From NCBI RefSeq assembly GCF_040938485.1, contig NW_027271742.1, positions 186,001 through 250,000 on the forward strand: 64,000 bases of DNA. The letters run 5' to 3'. The position numbers and the translations under genes are program-made. The stretch's first letter is position 1. Each line of letters opens with the position of its first letter. The notes under the pieces were generated by a model, which saw nothing but the letters and a program-made list of their open reading frames with translations, searched no databases and was not told the DNA's origin. This stretch comes from Diadema antillarum. Taxonomy: Eukaryota. Shown here in pieces: positions 13,435-25,728 of the stretch.

Positions 13435-15606
13435 TTCGTCTTTTGCCTTCGGGTTGAAAGAAAACAAATGTTTCTGTCTGTGTGCTTTGTCGAAGTTTAT
13501 CTATTATGCGTTTAAGAAGCCTTCATAAAGAGCGATGAGATAGTTTGGATACAGAAAGGAAGGGTGCACAAAAGAGTAATAACATATATTACCTGCTATC
13601 ATAATGGCTTTGAGTGCAAACAAAAGCATGATTTAGCTGCTCGTGTCGTATACTTAACAATGACTTTTAAATTGGCTTAACTGAGATTATATGCCCCTGG
13701 CGGCATGTTCATTTGTCGATGTATTCATACCACCCACTCGAATTTACTATACATTCTTCGCCGTATTGTCATTGGTAATGATAATCCTTTCATCCCATCT
13801 ATTACCCAGACTTCTTAAATGTATCTATCAATGCTGCCATCATTCCTAATGACCATTACATGTTCACCATTTTCAATCATTTTCCAGTACTGTATACTGA
13901 CATCATTACCCAGCCATCGACCTGCTCGTACAGTGGATGCTTGTGTAATCAGTGCTACTTGCCGTTGCCGGAGCTTTCTCGTATATGCATATCTCGAGGG
14001 AAAGATCACTTAATAAAACATTTTGCTGTGGATGGTATTGATAGAGCTGAAAGAGAAATACGCCTTGGGAATCGATATCACACTCATGGAACACAATACC
14101 TTTACATCATCCTCTTTCATTCGTATATATTATCACATGCGTAAAGATTTCCCTGGTGTATTTTGTATTAAAGCGTTGTTGTTATTGTTGTCTCTGTTAT
14201 ATCTTTCTCCAGCGATATTCTAAATATACATCACAATGTGTATTTTTTTTTTCTACCGTGCTTGTTTTCAATAGAAACATGGCGGTTGTTGGCAAATGAG
14301 ATTAGGCATCTCTACCCCCTCGTGAAATTCTCAAAGTGGTTGTGTGTTGTGATTGTTGAGCCACATGTAAAAACAAGACAAAACTAAACAAAACAAAACA
14401 ACTCTTCGCCCTCCTTTTTTTCAACACGGGTTTGGCTTAACATCACATGACGAGCAATTCCCTTGTTTTGGCCCATCCTGTGCAGTGCCCCTTTTCTTCT
14501 CTTTACCTGCTTTTCTGTTCTTTTTTCTTCTTGCTTTACTTTTTTCGGGGGATTGGAGTGTTGATGATTTGGCGTTTGCAACTCATATTACATCGTCGTT
14601 GCTAAATACGTTATTTTTACAGCAGTACATTTTTATGCAAAGGAATCATGAATTGTTTTAAAACTGATTTTAACAAGAAAAATTGAGTTAAGATTTATTC
14701 GTATTCAATTCAATTGGAGACTTATTCAATCAACTCAATGTATATTTGTTCCTCACAGTTCATCTCGAACAATGGAAAATAAAAACAAACATGTAATATT
14801 ATGATGATAAGTAGAATGCATTTTTGTTGTGGAAATGAGAGTACATGGAGGAATGAACATCAAGTTCAGAGGCAGTGACACAAGTACGTCATTATTTTCA
14901 TCTGCATAGTTACGTGATTGCGAATAATAGCGTGCCAAACTGAGACGTACTTTCTTGTGTCCATGTCCGATTCTGATAATGTAAACGTCTACCATTCTGG
15001 TTAGTATGATGGTTACTCTACATATTGAAGTCAATTTTTAGAAGAAAAATGTCCATAACCAATCAAGATCTTATATTCTGATTTCAATAACGTAATTCTC
15101 ACTAACCGTGTACTCATACAATTGTCATATACCCATTCATTATTCATTTTCGCGATTAATGTCTGTTCTTCCATATAAGATATAAGAAAAAGTTGAGAGT
15201 AGGTTAAATTATGTTACCGTCATGTCTTATCATCAAATACACACGTTTCATAATCACTATAAAGAAAAATTGAGGTCAAGTTATTTAAACAGCTCTGTAG
15301 GGCGTGTAGGAAAATCATGTTAAGCACTCTTATCTATATATCGTCAAAGCATATTTACTACTCACGAATATTTAGATGTGGGGTACTTCGTCGTCATATT
15401 TAATTTCGGAATATACACATTTTAGGTATAATAAACTAGAGATAAGGGCAAATAAAAGGCTGCTTTAAGATGGCCACTTCAGCAGATTAACTAGTCATCA
15501 TGTGTAATCTTTGCTGCTAATGAGATCAACGGAGAATATCTTTTCTAGCTGCGGGGCTTTAGAGAGCATTAAGAGTCGGTGAGTGGAAATCAACATGGAT
15601 GGTCTC

Positions 15607-15687
15607 TTCCTTCTTCTTCTTCTTCTTCTTCTTCTTCTTCTTCTTCTTCTTCTTCTTTTCTCCTCCTCCTCCTCCTTCTTCTTTCTT
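15607..15687. repeat. (TTC)n/(CTC)n compound microsatellite
   Basis: Direct reading. Confidence 0.95.
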
Positions 15688-16284
15688 CGCGTATAGGCAG
15701 TAGAGAGTTCTGCCGTGATTTTATTTCATCTCCTTTTTTTTTTTTGGACATCCCGCGGTTTTAGTCAGGCGATCGATGGGTCAAAATTTAATCTCTTCCG
15801 TGTCCCATTTATATAATCCCTCTTGTCTTCAAGTCACCATTCTATGTGACCAAGAAGACTAACTGTCTTAATCAACCCCTTCTGAAGAATTGCGTCTTGG
15901 GTTTGCTCATCTCGCAATAAAAGAGGGCTTATGAAAATGCCATACCGCCTAATGCACATCACATATCACGAGCCAGTGAGGCCTTTATATTCTGTATTAC
16001 ACACAACAAGAGACCATGGATATAATTTGACTTTCATGTGAATGAAAAAAAGAAGAGCGCAGGTACTCAAAGTAAAGCGGACGCGCACACACACAGCGTT
16101 TCTGGTGTCAATTTCATGATTGATGAAGGATGGAAACGGAGAAGGGGCCCTATATATTTTTTATCACCACCCGATCACTAAGCACATGCAAATCGAACAA
16201 ATTTCCGAGTGCGTTTAATCTTCATCTGATTTCAAGACCAGTCAACGGAAACCTATCACTGCAACCCACTGGGTAAAACAGTGT

Positions 16285-16440
16285 TNNNNNNNNNNNNNNN
16301 NNNNNNNNNNNNNNNNNNNNNNNNNNNNNNNNNNNNNNNNNNNNNNNNNNNNNNNNNNNNNNNNNNNNNNNNNNNNNNNNNNNNNNNNNNNNNNNNNNNN
16401 NNNNNNNNNNNNNNNNNNNNNNNNNNNNNNNNNNNNNNNN
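16285..16440. other. assembly gap
   Basis: Run of N. Confidence 1.
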
Positions 16441-17362
16441 TACAAACTCTTCACTGTAAATTTCAGTCTTTCATGTCGCTCATTGTCAAGGCGTTATTTC
16501 TTTCTAGAATTTTAATGTTTTTTTTACTTGCGTCTTGAAAATTGAAAAAAAAAGTTTTTTGCTTGAAGATTTTAACTTACTAGATAGTTATGGAGGTAGG
16601 AAATAAAGATTCTCTGTTCACTCTTTGGTGTTTGTGGTTGCAAAGTCCCGATAAAATGAACAATGCCATCAAAATCAAATCGGTCTGCAATAATTGATTT
16701 GATGATGCATTTAAAATTGAAATTCTGAACTGTCCGCAGTCAAATTTAGCAGTCGACAGTTACAATTCGTTTTCACATCACGTTCTGCACTCCATATGAA
16801 CTCACAAATCGCATTTAGGGAATTGACGAGAAATGATAACTTGTTTTAGCCTGAAGCCCTTCCATCACCATATAATCCCAACAGTGCAGTTTGTACCCAA
16901 ATATAAAGACACGCGCATGACTGCCTCGTGACATTAGATAACTTTTGCTCACCTTTACCCTCGTTATGTGTCCATCTTAATAATCCAACTTATCAACAAT
17001 ATCACTTATGGACACCTGTAGGATAAGGCATGTAAACTCAGTTGTAAGCGCTGTTGCAAAACCTTTATAGGCACGATGCCCAGTCGAATTCTTCTACATC
17101 TCATACCGGCTTCATATGAACACCTCTTTTGCCCAGGAAGGTGTTCATTAAGGGGTGAATTAGCTCGATGCGTATCGTACCAGCAGGCTAAGCGTCAAAA
17201 ACGGGCAAATTCAATTTTCCAACAGAGTGCACGATGATGGTTATTCCAGAAACAAATGTATATCGCCGCATATGGCACCTACATCAAAGCAATCGACGTC
17301 AATATACGAACGAAACGGCAAAAATTATGTAATCTTCGTTCATCAGCATCTGTGAGGAGGCG

Positions 17363-17720
17363 GGGTGGGAGGATGAAAGGGGAGAGGAGGAGGAAGAGGA
17401 GGAGGAGGAGGAGGAGGAGGAGGAGGAGAAGGAGAAGGAAGAAGAGGGAAGTAGGAAAAGGACACGAATACTAAAAAGAGGACCGGGTTGAAGGAGGAGA
17501 ATAAAAAGGAACAAGATTGAAAGAAAAGATAAAATAGGGAGAATCAGTGAAAGAAGAGGATTAAGAGAAAGATGAGGAAGTAAAAATAGGAATAAAAGGA
17601 AGAGGAGAAGAAAAGAGAGATGAGGAAGATCAGAAAGATAAGAGAAGGAGCAGAGAATGAGTAAAGAGATGACTGAGAATGTGAAGGAGTACGAGAAGAA
17701 GGCAAATGGAAGTACTGAGA
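17363..17720. repeat. (GAG)n and purine-rich low-complexity tract
   Basis: Strand-asymmetric, almost only A/G on the + strand. Confidence 0.9.
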
Positions 17721-18575
17721 TTTATTTAAAGGGAAGAAGAAAACGAATGAGATCCTAGAAAGAAGTTTCTTAATGCCGTCACAATCGATTACTAGTTCAA
17801 CTATTGATAAACAAATAGTTTCTATCTCTCTATCTCTCACTGTCAAACTTTCACGGGAATAAATTGAAAAAACACCAAAATTTAATGTGTGTTTTTTGTG
17901 TCATTATTCTTTTTTCTTTCTATCTGCAGCAGTTTGCATGATATAGAGACACTCGATTGGGCCGCTTGTCTAAAGAGAGACAATTTAAGACAGTTCGTGT
18001 ATCCTCCAAGAAACAGACTGTATTTTTTTTTTCGGCAGATACCGTGGTATTGTCTAGATGCCAAAACACCGTTCCCTTAGTTTGCATATACTGTATCCAT
18101 ACATCTAGGCTTCTTTAGCAGCATAACTCTTCTGTTGACGTCATTTGGTATTTGGGGTTTTTGGTTATTTATCCGTTTGTTTGTTTTGTCTGTTTTATGA
18201 ACTCTCGCAGGTACTGAGCAATTTTTCATTAGGATTTCATTGTGTATGCAAGCTATCATCTTCCTGTATTCTACTTTGCAAAGCTGTATACGCGCATCAA
18301 TTTCCGTGGAAGATTTCACTCCACAAGGTAGGCCTATATTATGGGAGGAAGACCGTAGACATTTTTTGCCATTGTTCTGTTTTAATCACGAAATGAAACC
18401 TCCCTATCCTTGGTGAAACATTCCGGTCTTCAGATCACTGTGCAGAGACAAATACAGGTAATCCTTGCGCTGAACATATTAAAGGTAGTTTCCAATAGTT
18501 GCACATTTTCATCTGTTATATGGCGGATGAGAACTATGCATTATCGTGACCTGAGAAGACCCTCTAAGTAGTTCC

Positions 18576-18589
18576 GTAACCATGGTAAC
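18576..18589. promoter_or_regulatory. Candidate RFX X-box GTAACCATGGTAAC
   Basis: Matches the X-box consensus GTHNYYATRRNAAC; function untested. Confidence 0.35.
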
Positions 18590-19564
18590 CAACACCTGCT
18601 ATCAACAGCTCCTCGTGTATCGACGGGTCTTCCTCATCAAGGAGGGTTCAGGGGGGCTTCAGTCAAATCCCGCTCCCCCGAAGTCTTCGGGGAAACATTG
18701 GCCGAATATCGTGAATGATGGAGGTAATAAATCGTTGATCGCCTCCCAGTGATTTGGGTGGACGCTTTTCCCGCGCAAATGTGATGTCTTGGGACATTAC
18801 GCCATCGCGTGGCTGATCCTGGGAGAGCCTTTGGCGGAGACATGACCCTCTGAAATATTAAATTTCTGCAGTTTGGATATTGATATACCATGTGCCAACA
18901 ACAACGCAGAGGATCAGGGCAATAAAGCGCACGAAAAGCGCCCAATAAAAGACAGCCATGAGCGACGCGTGAAGATAATATGAGGCAAGTTTGAACACAC
19001 AATTCTTCACCTCGCCCTCTCCTACCCGTTCACCTCCAGTCATGTTGGTCAAACCCCATGGTGGTTCCGTGCTTTAATGTTATTCACTTCCTCTACCTCC
19101 AAGAGTAATACACTGAATATGATGGGTAGACACCACTTCTTTGCAAATTAAGGCACAGATTTTCCAATTAAAACAAGCAAACAAACAAACATGTTTTCGT
19201 TACTTATCAACTTTCCCCGTTAAAGCATATCCTTGTAATTGTACCATATCAAAAAGGATTTCCATTCACAAGTAGATCATTTAGACAGAATTTGAAATGG
19301 CCAGTGTTACTTTGAATGGTGTCTGACAAGTGCCTGATTTTGCATATCATGTAGACAAGAATTCAAATACAGCCTTATAGACCATTCAGACGCAATCATG
19401 TATTGTACATGGCCATCTCTCTTCCATTCTCTCCGTTTATCTCTCTCCACATATAACCTCGTCACGAGATTAAACCTCTGCGGCCTATGGAAAGATAACA
19501 AACTTAGGAGCGACTTATAGCATCATTTTCGTTTCGTTGTGTCGATCAGTCTTTGGACGGTATT

Positions 19565-19733
19565 AGGCGTAAACAAGGCTAAGAGTCAATGTACGACACG
19601 GGGAACGAAGATTTAATTACATAATTATATCGTAAATATCTCAAAGGTAGGATGAGGCGTAAACAAGGGGAATCAACGTACGACATGGGAATGGAGACTT
19701 AATTACATAATGTATCGTAAATATCTCAAAGGT
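19565..19733. repeat. ~90-bp diverged tandem duplication
   Basis: AGGCGTAAACAAGG at 19565 and 19655; TTAATTACATAA and ATCGTAAATATCTCAAAGGT present in both units. Confidence 0.9.
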
Positions 19734-19939
19734 TGAGAAAAACAACAACAACAACAACAACAACGATGCAAAGACAATGTTGTCGTGAGCCATAACGTGG
19801 TGAAGGGATATCTCGGCGGTTTTCGCTGTTCAGTTTGTGAAATGAACAGTTTCATTTCATCTGCTTTTCGCTTTATTCAGCATGCCATCACATCCAAAGG
19901 AGTGCGTATATTTCCTTTTCTTGATATATATGAAAACAC

Positions 19940-20332
19940 TTTCTTTCTTTCTTTCTTTCTTTCTTTTCATTTTCTATCTGATTGCCGGATAACCCATATT
20001 CAGCTGCACTAGCAAGTCTTCAATGGAGACCAGTTGTGTGTACTTGCAATGGGGCAGACCACTTCACCGTAACCCGCCCTACTTTCCTTCCCACCGTGCT
20101 TATATCGGAGGGCAGATATTAAAGTGTGACAATGGCCCCGTCGTTTCGTGTCTGAGTGACGGCATCTTGCTACTCAAACACTACACTTACAAAACAACAA
20201 ACAAACAAACAAACAAACAAACAAACAAACAAACAAAGAGGTCTTTTACTCATTCACAGTGATGATTTCGGTTTTGTGATTTCGTCTTTATAAATCATCG
20301 GTACAGACGACTTGTGGCGAGGCTAATCACCG
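19940..20332 (-). mobile_element. Old, diverged Deu-like SINE copy interrupted by (AAAC)n (copy B)
   Basis: On the minus strand: head CGGTGATTAGCCTC..GTCGTCTG (~20300-20332), GTAGCAAGATGCC, CGGTGAAGTGGTC, CAGCTGAATATGGGTTATCC, and an (AAAG)n tail; all blocks collinear with copy A. Confidence 0.7.
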
Positions 20333-20479
20333 ATTCTCTTATATTTCAAATTAATACACTCAGTCGTGGTCTTACCAGTATACTTGAGTATGAGTTTCCA
20401 ACTTGACTTTCATGATTATCATTGTGATGCAGGGCTAAAACTCCTTAAACCACTCTAGGACATGCACTCCGCGAGCATC

Positions 20480-20830
20480 TTGTCAACGATTTGTTAGATA
20501 TGTTGATTTTCGTCATCTGATGCCGTCACCTGTAATGCTGTTGATCACTGACCCTTGTATACCAACAAAACACATTTATAAATTCCTCCAGGACAGGAGA
20601 ATAAAGGGTTTGTATAGATCGACTTGTCCAGGTATGTTTCACCGACCGCTCTCGAGTCACCATATAAAAACGAGTCTTAAGCAACATATCTACTCTGGTC
20701 TATGGCTGTACCTCATGGTCTTTGGATCCGGAAAAGCTCAAATTTCTTCTAGATGTGAATTGGTCATGAAGACGCCAAGAGGACACGTGACTATCTGCCA
20801 CTCATGTTCTTGGTGTTTTCCAAATTACAT
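20480..20830 (+). mobile_element. Possible degenerate RTE-clade LINE ORF remnant
   Basis: Frameshifted translation ...SSHHIKT / LSNISTLVYGCTSW... HVLGVF resembles the RTE post-RT motif K(T/I)R...SVLLYGCETW...RILG; contains stops and frameshifts. Confidence 0.4.
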
Positions 20831-22332
20831 TTTGAGACTTGAGGCCTTCTTCAACGAGTAGGCCAATGTCTGCGCTTTTTCCTCCTCGGTACGGTAAGCT
20901 CTCTTTAGTTCTCAAAATCTCCTTACAGTGGAAGCGCGACTCTGTTTTTAGTCGCGTTCAAATACACGATCATGATCGCGATCATGTTAGTTTTAGGACC
21001 AAAGTTTCATCCGGTGTCAAAAAAGCCATCTGATTTAGTCGATGAAACATGAAACAGCAAAAACGTCTGCTTCTATACCCAAGTGACATTTTGATCAATT
21101 ATTTGAATATTTGCAAAGGATTATCAAATACCTATCAGCAAACAGTGTGCGTTGGGATACGCCAGACAATGACAAATTGTTCTCCCACCATAACTGAAAG
21201 CAACCATGAAAACGAAAAAAAAAAAATCGTGCGAAATTATCGAACAGCAGCAGTTGTTCAGCGGGTGATCGACAATGATTTTGTTTTTTCCTGGTCTGAG
21301 CTTTGGTGTCAATTGTCAAAAAAAAAAAATATTTTTGTCCTTGTTGTTCCTTTGAAGACTCTCTGCTAGCCTTACGCTACTATATTAGGTCATGATGAGA
21401 GTAATGAGTAGAAAACAATGACAATAATTATGAAAGTAATGTAAGTCATGTACTAGTAATTTTTGCTCTTTATCATCCTCAAAGCTGTTGTCATTATTAT
21501 CGTTATTATCATTACTATCATTACATTTTTTTATTATCATCATTACTCACGATGTAACTATCATCATTATTGCTACTAACATGATTATCGTCATGAACAT
21601 CATCATCAATATTGCATTATTGTTAACACGGATAATGATAATGGTGTACAATGTACACTGCCTTGTACAAAGAAAAAGCATTATGACATCATTTTCTCCA
21701 GCCTATCATCCACCAACTTTCAAATCTATGGGGAATAATAGATAAATTTTCACGCTGTTCAGACACTTCAGCATCAGCCAAGATGTTTCAAGTCAGGCCT
21801 TCATCCTCCGCTCAAGAGCTTCACGTGCACTCCAAAGTGTTAAACGATCCAGTTTGGAATCTCTTGATAGTCCAACGAACTCTATGTGACTGTATTGAGT
21901 GTCCTAACTCTTTGACGGCCGATATGTCGCAATACTGTAGTCCAAAAGAGCGGCATCAACAGGTTGTTGCCATGGAAAGTGAGGAGCTGGAGAATGACAG
22001 GTACTCATCACTCTTTCATGGACAGATGGTTGATGACGAAAGCGATATCTCGTTTCGCAGACCCACGGCGATTGCACTGGTAATGTCAGATAAGTCAACA
22101 CCCTGGGGGGTAGTGAGGACCATCCAGTAATCATGGCGGCTGTTTTTACACCTGCCTCAGCATCGCTTTCGTAATCAGTTTCGAGCAAGCATTACATAGG
22201 AAGCGATGTAACAGGAACGCTATTCCCTCTCCTTCATCGCGACCTTTACTATCCTACGATGAAATATCACGACATAATCACTTGTCTGCGTCAGCCCGTA
22301 ACAGTAATGGCGGGGGGGGGGGGGGGGGGTAG

Positions 22333-22600
22333 GGGGAGGCACTGTGGCATGGTGAATAAGACCCTTATACTGACATTCAATCGGACAGTGTCGGAGGTCC
22401 CGAGTTCGAATCCCGTCAAGTGACTACGTCCTTGGACAAGATTTTTTGTTTTTGTTTTTTACCCACCATGTTCCCGTAGACCCAGGTGTATGAATTACTG
22501 CCTGACAGCGCTAGGGTAATCATAATCGCAGCTGCCTCTGATAGAGCAGCGGCAACTTTTAAGAGGCTACCCTGGGTTAAAAAAAAAGACCATCATTATT
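22333..22600 (+). mobile_element. tRNA-derived CORE-type SINE (copy 1)
   Basis: Box B-like GAGTTCGAATCC; GTCCTTGGACAAG...GACCCAGGTGTATGAAT core; 3' AAGAGGCTACCCTGG..AGACC..ATCATTATT shared with the copy at 36947-37189. Confidence 0.8.
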
Positions 22601-22721
22601 CAATAACAATATTGCTGAATATTTTGATTCACCTCTCCCCCGCCCCCCCCCCCCCAAAAAAAAAATGGAAAACGCAATGTAGTCATTCATCTCCAGACGA
22701 CACGTATTTTAACTTTCCTAA

Positions 22722-23534
22722 AGGCGGTGTCACACCATTCCGGGCAAGCTACGCGGGCTTGTGGCGAGGAGGTAGTTTCCAGCACGTAGAAGATTTTCAG
22801 CGGGCGAACAAGAATGTTTGCAATTTTCATTCATGCCTTGTCATACCGTACGGGGGAACTTCTGCGGCGTGACTTGCGGGGAAACAAATTTACTCCCCGG
22901 AGCTCTCCGCAGTTGGTCCGCACCTGACAGTATCTAGCGCGTAGTTGCCCGGAGGTGCTCACGCAAGTCCGATTTAACCGCAGCCAAGTTTTGAGCATGA
23001 CCAAAACTTTTTCCGGGTGAGTCGCGGGAATGCCCGTAGAGGTCCACGCAGAACGCCAGTAGGAGACCCTTAGTGGCAGTACTTCCCAGGCAGTTCCCAC
23101 GCAGGTACTTCGCAGTCCCGTATGCAGCCAAGATAATGAAATTCTGTGAGATTTCAGCCATTCCATTAGAGTAATTCCTTCACTGAGTTGTCAGCTCCCA
23201 CGCGACTGGTACAAAGGTCACACAGTATACTCGCAAGTATAACGCGTCCAGCAAGTAAGACACATGCGCTGACTCGCACAAATCCTTTTCCGCCCTCAGG
23301 AATGTCCGGTATGCTCGAAAATCCCTACACGTAACAAGCCCGAGTAGCTTGCCCGGAAAGGTGTGACAGGGCCTAAACACGGTTGCGGGTAAAAAAAAAT
23401 ATGCGTGCGCACCTCCGGGCGACTACTTTTGAGATACATGCTAGGAACTGTCATGTGCGGATCATCTACGGGGACCTCCGGGTAGTCAAAATTGTTCTTT
23501 GCAAGTCGCACGCAAGGCTGGTGTGACACGGCCT
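22722..23534. mobile_element. Non-autonomous PIF/Harbinger-like element, tandem copy 1 (813 bp)
   Basis: TAA at 22719-22721; left end AGGCGGTGTCACACCA; right end TGGTGTGACACGGCCT; TTA at 23535-23537; additional internal right-end copy at ~23334-23374. Confidence 0.9.
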
Positions 23535-23537
23535 TTA

Positions 23538-24338
23538 AGGCCGTGTCACACCATACCGGGCAAGCTAGGCGGGCTTGTGGCGAGGAGGTAGTTTCCAGCA
23601 CGTCGAAGATTTTCAGCGGGCGAACAAGAATGTTTGCAATTTTCATTCATGCCTTGTCATACCCTACGGGGGAACTTCTGCGGCTTGACTTGCGGGGAAA
23701 CAAATTTACTCCCCGGAGCTCTCTGCAGTTGGTCCGCACCTGACAGTATCTAGCGCGTAGTTGCCCGGAGGTGCTCACGCAAGTCCGATTTAACCGCAGC
23801 CAAGTTTTGAGCATGACCAAAACTTTTTCCGGGTGAGTCGCAGGAATGCCCGTAGAGGTCCACGCAGAACGCCAGTAGAAGATCCTTAGTGGCAGTACTT
23901 CCCAGGCAATTCCCACGCAGATACTTCGCAGTCCCGTATGCAGCCAAGATAATGAAATTCTGTGAGATTTCAGCCATTCCATTAGAGGAATTCCTTCACT
24001 GAGTTGTCAGCCCCCACGCGACTGGTACAAAGATCACACAGTATACTCGCAAGTATAACGCGTCCAGCAAGTAAGACACATGCGCTGACTCGCACAAATC
24101 CTTTTCCGCCCTTAGGAATGTCCGGTATGCTCGAAAATCCCTACACGTAACAAGCCCGAGTAGCTTGCCCGGAAAGGTGTGACAGGGCCTAAACACGGTT
24201 GCGGGTAAAAAAATATGCGTGCGCACCTCCGGGCGACTACTTTTGAGATACATACTAGGTACTGTCATGTCCGGATCATCTACGGGGACCTCCGGGTAGT
24301 CAAAATTGTTCTTTGCAAGTCGCACGCAAGGCTGGTGT
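23538..24338. mobile_element. Non-autonomous PIF/Harbinger-like element, tandem copy 2 (lacks last 10 nt)
   Basis: Head-to-tail copy of 22722-23534 with about 20 differences by eye; ends ...GGCTGGTGT without GACACGGCCT. Confidence 0.9.
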
Positions 24339-24593
24339 ACATTCACAGACGCAATACACACGCACGCATTGTTATGTAGTACATGACAGTATAATCCACA
24401 CCGATTCCATACCTCTGTGTATGCCCCATTGATCTATTGGTCAGTTGTGGATCTTCGCCCGTTTTTACTATTTTTCTCATTAATGTGATTCAAAAATGTC
24501 ATAAGAAATCCGTGTTTCCCTATCTCTATCTTTCTCTCTTTTTTCTGCAATATCATGCTGTTATAGCGTAGTGTAGTAGTAGCTGCTGGATTA

Positions 24594-24867
24594 GGGCGCG
24601 TTTATACCGAGCACGGTACGGGCAACGGTCCGGGTTTTTGCTATGGTGCGCCAAAAGGAACTCCCTGTCTGGTCTTGGTTCTGTTCACCCCAAATCTTAT
24701 TCTTTATTCAAAATCAAGAGCAACAAAATCATTAGTTGAAGATTTATTTCGTAACAAAATTATTAGTGGGGAAGTGATATTGTAACAGAACCAGTGAATG
24801 GTTCCTTTTGGAGCACCATAGCAAAAACCAGACCGTTGCCGTCACCGTGCTCGATGTGCCGAGGCCT
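24594..24867. mobile_element. PIF/Harbinger-type MITE with long TIRs
   Basis: TTA on both sides (24591-24593, 24868-24870); CGAGCACGGT..GGCAACGGTC.GG.TTTTTGCTATGGTGC.CCAAAAGGAAC is mirrored at ~24808-24853. Confidence 0.85.
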
Positions 24868-25577
24868 TTATTCGTGTGCATCATGCGTGCTTACACATCG
24901 CTCTTTGACTAACTCAAAAGCCAAATGCCACCTCGGCGTAATCATTTCCCTTGAATCATATTTGCCCAAACTTTGACTTCGCTCAGTGATTTAATAGAAT
25001 ACACTGCACGTTACAGTCCCATCATCGTGACGGACATCTCAGGATACTATAGCGCAAGTTCACTTAAATTATAGGACCCTCACCAAGTCAGATGGATTGC
25101 TGGCACCGCTTGATCGATGACAGAATTCTATCGATCGCTTCTCCCATTAACCCGAATCGGATATTATCTATCGATCGCATGCGACTTTGTGGATATACGA
25201 GCATCTAGATCGGATGGAATCAGCCCTTGTTGTTGTTTTCTTTTTCTTCCTCTTCTTCTTCTTTTCTTTTCTTTTTTTTTTGTGCAAAGTAAAGGGTTAT
25301 TGACAGATTTCTTCGGAGACACTTCAGAGTCAGCACATTCCTTTCAAAGGCAATATGAACTCTAACTTGATGAGTGATTCAACCAGCATAGTGCGGTTAC
25401 GGTTTTTGTTTTGTTTTTGTTTTTGTTTTGGGAGTTTTGTTGTTGGTTTCTTTGTTTTGTTTCATTTTGTTTCGTTTTAGGGGTTGACAAAATGTCAACC
25501 AACTCGAAAAAGCAAGATGAATATGAAGGAAAACATGCATCCGTTCACATTGATACGATTTCATCCTATGGACAATA

Positions 25578-25728
25578 TAGCGAGCTTTAGATCTGCGACG
25601 CGCACGCAAAGACGACGCCTCCTCCCGGGTTGGACAATAGAAACACCTGTCTCGCACATGTGCAGGACACCATTTTTAGCCTAAATAGCGTTGTCTTTGC
25701 GTTCGCGCCGGAGATCTAAAGCTCGCTA
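25578..25728. mobile_element. Short MITE with ~41-bp TIRs
   Basis: Perfect 17-bp inverted repeat TAGCGAGCTTTAGATCT (25578-25594) / AGATCTAAAGCTCGCTA (25712-25728), extended by ACGCAAAGAC.ACGC; the terminal TA may be the TSD; superfamily uncertain. Confidence 0.8.

Noticed and set aside
17116-17148. 10-bp stem hairpins (also 26467-26508)
   Set aside because: Too short for a pre-miRNA; expected by chance in 64 kb
20967-20986. Overlapping palindromes CGATCATGATCG / CATGATCGCGATCATG
   Set aside because: Short and isolated; explained by local slippage or inversion
21783-22188. Overlapping 115-aa and 94-aa ORFs as an exon or LINE RT remnant
   Set aside because: No RT motif in any frame; only vague similarity, insufficient to call
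22722-24338. CRISPR-like or phage/prokaryotic system
   Set aside because: No short repeat-spacer periodicity, no operon-like ORFs; the whole window is eukaryotic in character
22831-24361. Duplicated ORFs (111 aa, 75 aa, 116/121 aa) as paralogous genes or a transposase
   Set aside because: They lie inside non-autonomous repeat copies; no DDE or Myb/SANT motif; duplication is explained by the tandem
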